Shown here: piece by piece, positions 38,182-48,768 of the stretch
Numbering within the stretch: position 1 is the stretch's first letter
How the letters are laid out: every line of letters begins with the position of its first letter
NCBI GenBank assembly: GCA_000182565.2
Contig: KQ257453.1
Reading direction: 5' to 3' (one strand)
DNA length: 64,000 nucleotides
DNA from: Spizellomyces punctatus DAOM BR117
Taxonomy: Eukaryota
Translations under genes and position numbers: made by a program
Notes under the pieces: model-generated
What the model was told of the DNA's origin: nothing
Database searches by the model: none
Seen by the model: the letters and a program-made list of their open reading frames with translations, nothing else

Positions 38182-39030
38182 ATGCCGAAAGCCGGCCAGC
38201 TCACAGACATGAAGCTACACAAGGTCGCACTGGCATCTGACAAGAATTGCAGACCAAAATCCGAAGTGCAAGGTGTCAAGAAGAAACCAAATAATAACGC
38301 TTCAACGAGTACTAGACGGTTCAGCGGAACAAAACCCAGATCCAAATCATTCAGCTTGCCGTCCTCTCAATTCCCTAAACTTGCGAAAGCATCAAGATGC
38401 TGCTCAAGATCTTCACCCTTCCTCCACAATCCAGAAAACGAACATCATACAGATCTTACCACTCCTCGCTCAGTATCCACGGACGGAAAGTTACAGAGAC
38501 AGTCTGCGCCGACCCCAACTCTGGACCTGGCATCGTGTATGTACACCACTTTTTGTACCAATTGTTGAAATACACTAATCTTGGCTTTTGCTGCAGCGAA
38601 CAGACTAGATACCGGTCTTGGGTCTGCCAAGGTAAGTTTCGGGCGGTGTATCTCTTCTCTCATCAGCCAGCAAAAACGATTGTGACCCATTTTCGTCCGC
38701 CCAGAATCAAAAGCTTTTAAGAAAACGTCTGCAGGATCACGGTGAGCATTCCTTTTCATGTTACAATGTTCTTGTCACAATGCTGGCCGGTTCAATGTGA
38801 CTTACTTGTGGCTGTCCTAAAAAGCAATGATCCTGCGGGAAGCCGCAATAATGGACAAAGTCCACCAAGCGCAGAGCCGAGAAAAGGAGCAACGAGAAAT
38901 CGCACACCACAACCGAATGGTTCGCAGAGCAGAAATTGTGTACCTTAACAGGATACTAAAGTATATAGAAGACAAGAGTTTGGTGGACACAGTATCAGAA
39001 TCAACATCAGGTAGAGATGACAGAGTGTAG
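38182..39030 (+). CDS. Hypothetical basic protein with C-terminal SVBP/CCDC23-like helix
   Basis: Three GT-AG introns (38537-38596, 38632-38704, 38742-38824) all keep the frame. C-terminus RRAEIVYLNRILKYIE. The start could be at 37909 instead. Confidence 0.7.
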
Positions 39031-41324
39031 CGTAAAGTTGGTACAAGTAGAACTGGGATCTGTTCAGACAAGGAGGAGATCAGTGTGATGGTGGTGGTCG
39101 GGCGGGACATTACAAACTTACTACAAGTCCGAGGCAAATTATCACCACAATTTCAAATAAAAAAAAAAAGGCGGGGCAAATCACCATGATCGTGCCCAAA
39201 TGGGCGTGCCAATAAGCCTTGAGGAGCTTCCCGATCTTTGTTCAGACACTGTATCTGGCGCAAGGAGTCCACAGCATTGCCTGGTGAAAGGATTCGGCCA
39301 CAGATTACAGGGATGATGGGTCAATGGGGATACACTTGCGGATGTGGCCATACAAGTGTATATCCGATAGGGTTTTATGGTCGAGTGAGACATGATCTCG
39401 GAATCCCTGCGATTAAGCCTCCCCAGCACTGGCTGTTTGCCCAGTCATCTTCCAGTTTCCAATTAAGAATACGCATCACTGTTCAAACCATTTGCCTCCT
39501 TCCGCTTGTTGTGAGTGCCCCTGCATCGGGGAAAGTAAAAAGGGCGGGGCAATATGAATATAATGACAAATAGTTTTAGAAACCGTAGCACTATCACACT
39601 CCAAAAATGCGACATTCATTGATCGTGTCTCCGATATGGGGGCGAGTGACCAAAAGGAGCTTGGTTATTCCCTTTTGAGCACGAGAGCCAAACAGCTCAT
39701 CACAGCTGCGAACGCACGCGAGTAAAGGGACAAAAGGAGGGGAAAACGCAACACAGCACGAGATCAAGTTTCCAATTTGCTTGAATAATATTGCAACTCC
39801 AAAATTACCTAAATATGTGCCAACTTTTTTTTGTGACAAGTTGTTTTTATCGGACTCGTCGTAGTAGGTGGTCATTTAACAGAGTCGGTTTTGGACGACG
39901 ATGAGTGTCATGAGCTTGATTTCTATCAAGCAAAATGCCAGCAATGATGCCATCAAAAAAGATTTTATTTTTTGGTATGATGACTGCGGTAGTGCCAGGG
40001 ACAAAAGGCACGTTGGATGCCTTTGGAAAAAAACACCTTCAACAAAAGGGCAAACTCCAAAAAAACTAAAAGGTTAATTTCAGACAGGGGCAAAGAGTCG
40101 AGCGGGTGGGGGGGAGTGTTTACGACGTTTTTTTTCCTGCTCGGAGCGCACCCACCCTTCCCTCCCTTTGTTACCACACCGTTTGGGCCAAGGTACCAGC
40201 AAACGAACAATGCACAAACAGCCCCCCTCGGGGTCCTTGTAAAGGAGAGTGAAAACAAAACAAGAAACAGTTGCGATTAAAACTAAAACGGTAACGCTTT
40301 TTGACCTGGAGTGGACAAACACATGTGATTACCTTGTAGTTTTTTTGAGTGTTCTGGCTGGTGAAAAAAACCTTTTGGTAACCCATCGATCGAGCTGCTT
40401 CCATTAAAAGGGGTGGAGGAAGGAAGGGGGGGAAGCGAACCACTCGGCCAAAAACCACATCCTTGTTTACCAAGAATTTCCAACACTTGACTCGCACATG
40501 TCATTATTTGACCTGTGGAACACCCGTACAGAGTTTCATTTGTTCTTTTGGTTATTCTTCCCCCCCCCCTAAATTAACGGAAGCGACCACATTTTGGTGT
40601 GTATTGCTGATGATTCCAAGTTTAACGTCTTGTTTTGTTGCCGCTGTGGTTTCCCGTTCGGGGACTGCGCTGAGGGTTCGTTGGAGTCATCGATTTGGGA
40701 CAAGAAAGAGGGTGATAGACTCTAGTGTTCCTTCTTCAAACAGGCTTGCCGCGCGGATCTTTTCCAAATGACCTTTGCCAGTGGTTTATCCCAGTTTACT
40801 TTTATTTGTCACTCTCCCCCTTTCCTTGTTCGCCCTGCAGTGGAACAGCAGAGGGCGGTGCCCCGCTTTTTTCCACCAAAGCGATCCTGTCCTCCTGTCG
40901 CTTTTATATCAAATGGGTCGTTTTTAGACGGTCCGTTTTTTTTTTTTCCTTTTAATTTGATGCTTGGCGCTAAATAAAAAAAAAGGGCTATTTGAGCATT
41001 GTCATATGCTCTGGCATCACGCCTTTTTCTCGGCTGGGTCCTAATCTCGCCTCCTTTTCGGCTTGCTTTATTTTCACATTTCGCCTCCAGATTGCCCTCT
41101 CGCTGACAAGGAAACTAGTTTAAAAAAGGACCAGAACCTCTTGCCCCGTCGTCTTCAAGTTCTTCAACTCTACCTTGTGACTGTTTTGTTTTTCTAGTCT
41201 GAACACGCGCGATTATCTTGCCAGTTATTTTGCCCTCCATATCTCTTCCCCAAACGTCATTTCCTTTTCAACGTCACTTGTCTGCAAATATCTCTTCCGA
41301 CGGCGTTTTTCCACGATCACGATC

Positions 41325-42215
41325 ATGAAGCCGACACTCGCTACTCCCCCAGCAATGAATAACCTCTTTGCATCGTCTTCGTCCTCGTTACCACACCGCC
41401 CTGATCTTATGCCTTCGCTGTGTCGAATGTCCATGTGTAAACCGTCGCGGACAGAGTCCACAATATCAAATCCTTCCTCAACTGGTCTCGACAAGATCAC
41501 AACATCCGTCCTCACATCACCTCGCATAACGTCTACCCTCTCCCTCTTCATCTCGGACCTGATACACAGCACATGGCATAGCACAACAAGCCCACCACCA
41601 GCCTCTTTTAGCCATTTCACATCCTCTATTCTCAAAACTGCAAATCTCCCATTCTCTGTGGTCCTATTTGCACTTCTTCTCATCGATCGACTTAAGAAAC
41701 GTCGACCGGCGCTGCGGGGAAGTGAGGGTAGCGAGTGTAGATTACTGGTGTGTGCTCTGATGGTTGCGATGAAAGTTTTATTGGACAACACCTATACGAA
41801 TCGGACATGGGAAAAAGTATCGAGGATCCCAGTGAAAGAGTTGAATATTATGGAGGTAAGCACTTGTCGCTTTTGATGGACCATTCTTTAACATAGACCT
41901 GACATGATGTTTGTTTTTTCATAGATGGAATTTCTCTCCCAACTCAACTTTGACATTCATGTCACAGATGACGAATACTTTCTCTGGCTGCAGCATATCG
42001 AGAATGCCGTCAGAGATTTCAGACATCCACACTACGAACAAATCACTGCTCCATCTTCACCGTCTCCCTACTACACTCCGCGGTCTGCACACCAGGCTCA
42101 ATGGACGTCGGCCACGGTGGGCAGGGAATCGGCCACGGTGGGTAGGGAACCGAGAAGCAGGTCATCCGCGTATACAAAGCAGCATGCGCGGTGGTTTAAA
42201 TCGTTTTTGGTGTAA
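41325..42215 (+). CDS. Pcl/Pho80-family cyclin
   Basis: ILKTANLPFSVVLFALLLIDRLK, GSECRLLVCALMVAMKVLLDNTYTNRTW, ELNIME|MEFLSQLNFDIHV. Intron 41856-41924. Confidence 0.92.
42108..42149 (+). repeat. 21-bp tandem duplication in cyclin tail (SATVGRE x2)
   Basis: TCGGCCACGGTGGGCAGGGAA followed by TCGGCCACGGTGGGTAGGGAA. Confidence 0.9.
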
Positions 42216-42643
42216 AAAGAAATGTTTTGTTGTTTGGGTCGGTTGATTTGGACGATATGTATACCCCTTTTATTTTCTTTGAGCATTTATCTTGTACATA
42301 GCGGTGGGGATTTTTTGATGTCCTGGTTTTTCGGATACTATCCCAGTTGTAAATCATAATTGTGAATCTTTTCGTTTCACCATTATTTTATTAGTTACTG
42401 CACTCATCCGTCGTTATGGGGTTTCCTTTATCAATGAACAAGAGTTTTCATGCTTGCACCATCGATGCGTAAGATGGGCAAAAGTCGTGGAAGGGCAATT
42501 ATTGATGGGTCCTAATCGAACTCTCGGACAAATCCTGATCATGGTACTTGTCATCACGCTTACGTACGCCAACACCAGATAAAAGCTCCGAAAACAACTT
42601 GTTGTTTTTTGCACACCAGCCCTTGATACAATAACCGCACACT

Positions 42644-44121
42644 ATGGCAAACCTGCCATCGCATGGTGGTAAGTACCAACAAAAACATGCAGAAAAGGAC
42701 AAGAACGAGAACAAGAAATGAGCAGTAAAACTTATATTGTTTTACATAGTCATAAACCCTCAAGTGTTTACTCCGCACGATGAAGTGGAGGAACTGGTCA
42801 ACGGGTTTCTGTCTGAAGAGAAGCTGGTAACGTTTTTCTTTTATCTGATACCCGCTACCCGGCAAGAGTCTCATATCATATCACCTCCTCCGTAGATTAC
42901 GCTAACGGGAACGAGCAGCCTGGATAGCGTACAGTATTTGGAGATGAAGGTCGATGTACGAAAGACAAGTTTGGGGACACTTGGTGTGTGTTTTTTGAAT
43001 GTTTCGTCTGACTTGGAACGTTGGCTAAAAAGTTGCTACGATGTAGGAAAACTCTTGCCAACGCTGAAGCAGCTGAAATTGAATAACAGTTATATTCCTA
43101 CCATTCGGTATGTTAGTCGTTCGTTCGTACCATGTCGTTCAAGTTATTGACTGGGTTGTACAATGTTAGGGACATTGGGTCGGGGTTCGACAATTTGGCG
43201 GTACTCTGGATGGCCCGATGTGACTTGACTGATATCGATGGTATCGGCTACATGACGTCTCTCCAAGAAGTTTATTTGGCACACAACGAGATTTCGGATC
43301 TCAGCAGTTTGAGCATGTTGGATAACCTTCAAATCCTAGATCTTGAAGGGTGGGTAGAATCAAAACAACAAAACATATTTTGTTGATTCGTGCTTTTTGT
43401 CCTGCGTGGGATTCCAATCAATCAGCACAGATGTTTCCGGACAGGAATGCCATAGAAGATCTTGCCCAGATCGACTACTTGGCGGTATGTACCAACCTAC
43501 GACAGTTGACGATCGGCGGGAACCCTATTGCAGGGGAAGGTGATGCGACATTGTCATCAGAGGGACGACACCCAACACGAAGAAAACATCCTGATTGGAG
43601 ACGGACAGTGTGTTCAATATTACCCAACCTGAGGATTCTGGATGACATTCCCGTGGCGGGGCCGGACAAGGAACCTCCTGGTACCAATGAACAATCAACG
43701 AGTGGTAAGAGAGATGTGCGATTTCAAGGCATTTTTTCAGTGCTACCCTTCTGATATCACAGTAGATCCTGCAGTGCATATGATTCCAGTACCGCCAACA
43801 GGTCGGCCACGGTCAGCATCCGCAAGACGCCCACGAACGGCTGGAGGAAGGCCATTCACACCCCCTGGAATACCACGGCCAGTCGAAGACACAAGTAGCG
43901 GACTAACACATGGTACATTTACAATTTCCGTACTCATGCCAATGTATGATTCAATTGCACTGATGATATGGTGTGCAGGTACCGGGCAAATCATGGCAGG
44001 AAACCCAATCCTATTCCTCCGGAGACGACGTAGTAGCGCACAACCACCTGCTTCCATGCTCATAAAACCAGAAAAGGATTCATCTTCAATTCTGCCCATG
44101 TACGAGAATAAAATCACATAA
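42644..44121 (+). CDS. LRRC56: Leucine-rich repeat protein 56 (ODA8/DNAAF12-like, dynein arm assembly)
   Basis: FLSEEKL|RLLTG, LEMKVD..TSLGTL|GKLLPTLKQLKLNNS...IR|DIG, LWMARCDLTDIDGI, LDLEG|NAIEDLAQIDYL..C..L..LTIGGNP, late LTH|G...GNP...LRRRR. Confidence 0.85.
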
Positions 44122-44270
44122 TAGTGTACAACACTCTGGACGCCCGTCAACTACCTAACGAGATGAAAACTAAGATACACGATTGCATATAGTACAGTGC
44201 CAATTCCTACACAAATGCCTTTCCTCCTTGCATCACGAATTCTTGCAAGAGTTAACAAACTGATATCTCC

Positions 44271-44977
44271 TTACAGCAATTTTTGAATCTCACTCTCGAG
44301 ACTTGCAGGAGAAGTCGTGCTAGCGTAGCGGTTAACGACCTTGCCCTCCTTATCAATGATAAACTTTTCAAAGTTCCACTTTATGCGTCGTAAACCAAGG
44401 AGACCCGATTTTTGTTCTTTCAACCATGCGTAGACAGGGTGGACGTGGTCACCATTGACTTCCACCTTTTCCATGATGGGGAAGGTGACACCATAGTTGA
44501 GCTGGCAAAAGGAGCCTTCTTCTTCAGCTGATCCAGGTGCCTAATATGAAATATATAAGTGTCCATGATGCATTGTACTGGCGCAATATACAATTCCACA
44601 GTGCGTACCTGGCTTCCAAACTGGTTGCATGGGAACCCAAGGATAACGAGACCCTGGTCCTTGTACTTTTGGTACAATTCCTCCAAGCCCTTGTATTGAG
44701 GAGTGAAACCGCATTTGGATGCAACATTGACAATAAGAACGACTTTGCCTTGCAAGGCAGCAAGGTCGTACGGCTGGCCTTTGCGGTCGTTCACCGAGAG
44801 TTCGTACAGAGTCTTGGCAGGGATGGTCATGCTGAAAGAGCGGACGGTGGCAGGCAAATGGTGTGTTGGGAGTGGGAACAAGAAGCTGCTGTGGGGACTT
44901 TGTTGATGACAGCAAGGTTTTATTCTTTTTGTTGCGGCGAGCGATAACGCAAGCCTTGCCAGCGCAAGGCGAGACAT
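44271..44977 (-). CDS. Cys-type glutathione peroxidase, copy 2, with predicted mitochondrial presequence
   Basis: [22 protein letters not shown]| (intron 44541-44608), IKWNFEKF. Arg/Leu/Ala-rich leader [20 protein letters not shown]; second in-frame ATG at 44830. Confidence 0.93.
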
Positions 44978-45160
44978 TTTTATTGAGTCAGACGCGCAGA
45001 CGAGACGGAGGGCTTTTTGGAAACTTTTCGCATTTTTGACAAGCGGTCTTGAACTTCCATATTTGGTTACATTACAATACTTCCCCATTTACACAAATGA
45101 TGTGGCGCAATGAGTTCCGCCTTTGAGTGTTTTAGAACACTTTCGACGGACTTTTTGTTT

Positions 45161-46501
45161 TTATTCGCTTTCGAAAACAGCAGCAGCACCCATGCCTGTT
45201 CCCATACACATGCTAACTACACCAATCTTTTGCTTCCTTCTTTCCAGCTCCGTTAACAAGGTTGCAACCAATCTTGCTCCAGTGCATCCAAGCGGATGTC
45301 CCAAAGCAATGGCCCCACCTTTGGGATTGACCTTGTCATGATTCAATCCCAAGTATTCCACAGAATAAACTAGTTGAGATGCAAAGGCCTCGTTGATTTC
45401 AAAAACGTCAACCTGATCCTTGGTAATTCCTGCCCTTTGAAGGGCAACGGGAATTGCATAGGCAGGACCGATACCCATTACATTTGGTGGGACACCGACC
45501 GTGGCAAAGGAGACGAGCTTGCCCATGATTGGCAGGTTGAGAGCCTGTGCTTTGCTGCGTTTCATTAATAAAACTGCTGCAGCGCCGTCAGAGACCTGGG
45601 AGGCGTTACCAGCAGTCGTACTGCCAGTCGGCTTGAAGGATGGTTTCAGTTTCCCGAGAACTTGCACCGTTGTGTTTTCGCGAACACCATCGTCCTTTGT
45701 TACAGTGATGGAACGCTTTTCTTTGGTCGTCGGATCAATGATTGTGGTGGTTACTGGTATGATTTCCTTGTCGAAAAGGCCTCCTTTTTGAGCTGCTGCA
45801 GCACGGCTCTGAGATTGAGCTGCCCAGCGGTCCTGTGCTTCTCGAGTGACATTGAACTTTTGAGCAACGTTTTCTGAAGTGATCCTTTTTTTTAAATTCA
45901 AACAATTTGTTAATATGGACTGAATGAGTTGATTCAATCAAACTTTGCACTATCCTCACCCCATGGGCAACAGGCAGTCCTTGGCTTCAGGCGTCTGACA
46001 TAGCAATTCGCTTTCGGTACTCAACACCGTACCCGTTGGACCATACCCATGCGTCATACTTTCCACACCCGCTCCAATCCCAACCTCAATGATCCCACTC
46101 TTTATCGCACTAGCAATGCCCGCAACAGCTTGCAATCCACTTGCACATTGTCTGTTTGTCGTAGCAATGGACGACGTTACTGGGAACCCAGCATGAAGCT
46201 GAGCCATCCTTGCAGCCTTTGCACCACCCATTTCTGGCAATACATTGCCCACTTGAATGTCCTCAACGATAGCGGGATCGATGCCTGTCTTATCCAATGT
46301 AGCCTTTAGGACGTGGTACAGGAGCTCTTCCGGAAGTGTGTCCTTGAATCCACCCTTTTTGGCCCGAGTGATGGCAGTACGGAGAGCAGAGACCACGACA
46401 ATGTCTTCTCCAGATTTCTGTCCAACAGGGCTACCAAACATGGTACCCGGTCGGATTGTCAGGTGTGTAGAGATTTGCTCAATGCGATGTTGGGCTGCCA
46501 T
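45161..46501 (-). CDS. POT1: Peroxisomal 3-ketoacyl-CoA thiolase
   Basis: PTS2 RIEQISTHL, NRQCASGLQA, GAGVESM, MG|ITSENVA, GNASQVSDGAAAV, EINEAF, GGAIALGHPLGCTG, SMCMGTGMG. Confidence 0.95.
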
Positions 46502-48651
46502 GATGAAATATCGGAGAATAGGATATGACAGCGACTTGAGTTTTGTTGGTGGACGGAGAGGTGGTGGACAAAACCAAAATGTTCGCTTATAAAGCTTTGG
46601 AAAACGCGGCTCAGAGGTGTGACCAAAAACTACTCGGCACGAAGAATCTGCCGTCCTTCTTTTTGGAGAGTTTATTGAAAATCAAACGACGAAACGTTCA
46701 AATAACCAGTTAGGGATTCATGAAATTACAGGATGAGTATTAATGTTTGTGGAATCACATCTTGCCTCTTGTCGTTTTTACTTTTGAGCACACACTGGAA
46801 GAAGCCATGTCACACTTTTAGACCTGGTCGAATGCGATCTGCCTTCAAGATGAATTGTTGATGCTTACACTGTTTATAACCCTCTACAAAGTTGTCGAAC
46901 GATGCAATGCACACTCTCTGATAACAATATCCATAGCCTTAGTCTGGCATAAAGAGTTAAAAAATCGGTCCTGATAGTCAAAGTTTTATACTCACATTAT
47001 TTCAAATACCTTTTAAAAAAACGCGGAAACGGCGCAGTCATCGGGAATTTCAGATGATCGGAAGGGGGTGTTGAACAATACACCGACAGGACCCCCAACA
47101 AAAACTAGCAAGGTCAACACTACTTTCAACACACATCTTTTTTGAGTCCACGCATTTTCCAATATCGAGAACCAAAATATGCCGTCGGAGCGCATCTATC
47201 TAAAGTCTCGTCAAGCGCGGGAGGTTAGTTTTCGGTAGATTATGGGGGATTTTACAAAAGAAAAAAAAACAGGCCTCCAAACTATGACGGTACTGACATT
47301 TTTCTGTTAGGCAAACGCATTCAACGATCCCATCCTATCATCAACAACAAAAGCATCTTACAAACCCCTAGATGTAAGAAACAATGAGAGAACAAACGCA
47401 CATGCAGCAAACCATCAACTTTTAATTATCGTAGGTTAAAACCCTCGCCAAAGAAGAACGTCAAGAATATCAAAAAAACAAGGGACGAGCTCGTGTTGCT
47501 GGTGAATGGTGGGGACAACAAATCGAAAAGGTGCGAGAAATAACATCATTTTGTGGCATGACGACCCATCTCTCTGATCAGAATGTTCATTTTGTCTAGG
47601 ATGCAACAAAAACCAACTATCATGACAGTTACAAACAACACAACTACGCCGAATGGTTGAAATCCGTCGCAACGCTTCCAGTCGCAGGTAACAAGAGCGG
47701 AACGGGTAACGCAACAAAGAATAGCGCTACGGAAAAGGTACAAACACCGGCACCATCCGAACAAACCGACCCCCTCTCGGTATGGTTTCAACACCGTGTA
47801 AAGAAACCTGTTAAAGAGGATCCTGGGAAAGCATTTGATATTCTTACAGGTAAGCGAAAAATACACTGCGTTACCTCACCATTTGGTAATTCATAAAACT
47901 GATTTTTATGCCCAACCGTAGGAACGCCTCTCAACAGCATCGCATCAGACCGCCGTGCAAATCGTATATCATTCGATAAAATCAATGCAAAACAAGCGAG
48001 AGATAGAAACTATGATATCATTTCGAATCAAATCTATGTTCCTGTGGTATGAAAATTGCGCAAGTTATTTCTTTTTATCCGCTTCATTGGAATCCCAACT
48101 AAAACTAGTCATTTTTGATAAGCAACTCGATGAAGAATCTGCCGCCTGAGACTCGATTGCAATGGGTGAATACCTTATCAAAGTGGGGTCATGATGGTGC
48201 AATAGAGATGAACGGAACGAGTGCATGGAGGAGTTGCCATATTGTTCACGTTTGTCATCTTTGGAGTTAGAAATGATAAAGAAAAGTCATAACCAAACCC
48301 CCAACACCCGACAAGGATTTTTTTTTTACAAGGTTCGCTTTGCCAGCATCGTACATTTTTTTATTTTTTTTTTTGTACACAGGGCGCACATTATGCAGGT
48401 CCCCCAGAAAAAGGCCCTATATGAAATCCTTCAACCCTAACCCAGTCCCGATTTCCGTCTCCAGGGCCCGCCCAGTTTCGGTAAACCATTTTTGTTCAAA
48501 AAAAAAGAAAAAATAGATTGGCCCAAACAAGCAAGCAGCCAGGCAGAGCAAGATAAAATATCCAGATATCACATTCAACATGCCAGGGCAAGTTTTACAC
48601 GACAAATCGCTATCCATTAAAGTCAGTCTCTTCATTTCATCCCATTCCCGG

Positions 48652-48737
48652 CTACATCCATCCTCCTTCCGTTCCGCGCCCCGCTGTTGGAGAGGTTTGT
48701 TGATGTGCCATTGCCTGAGCTTGCTGCGGGACGGGAA

Positions 48738-48768
<31 letters not shown>

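Noticed and set aside
35640-44720. Possible selenocysteine GPx
   Set aside because: Both peroxidatic codons are Cys (TGT/TGC); no in-frame TGA is present.
46600-48400. Small ORFs between thiolase and velvet
   Set aside because: Homopolymer-rich sequence consistent with the velvet 3' UTR and thiolase promoter; no coding motifs.
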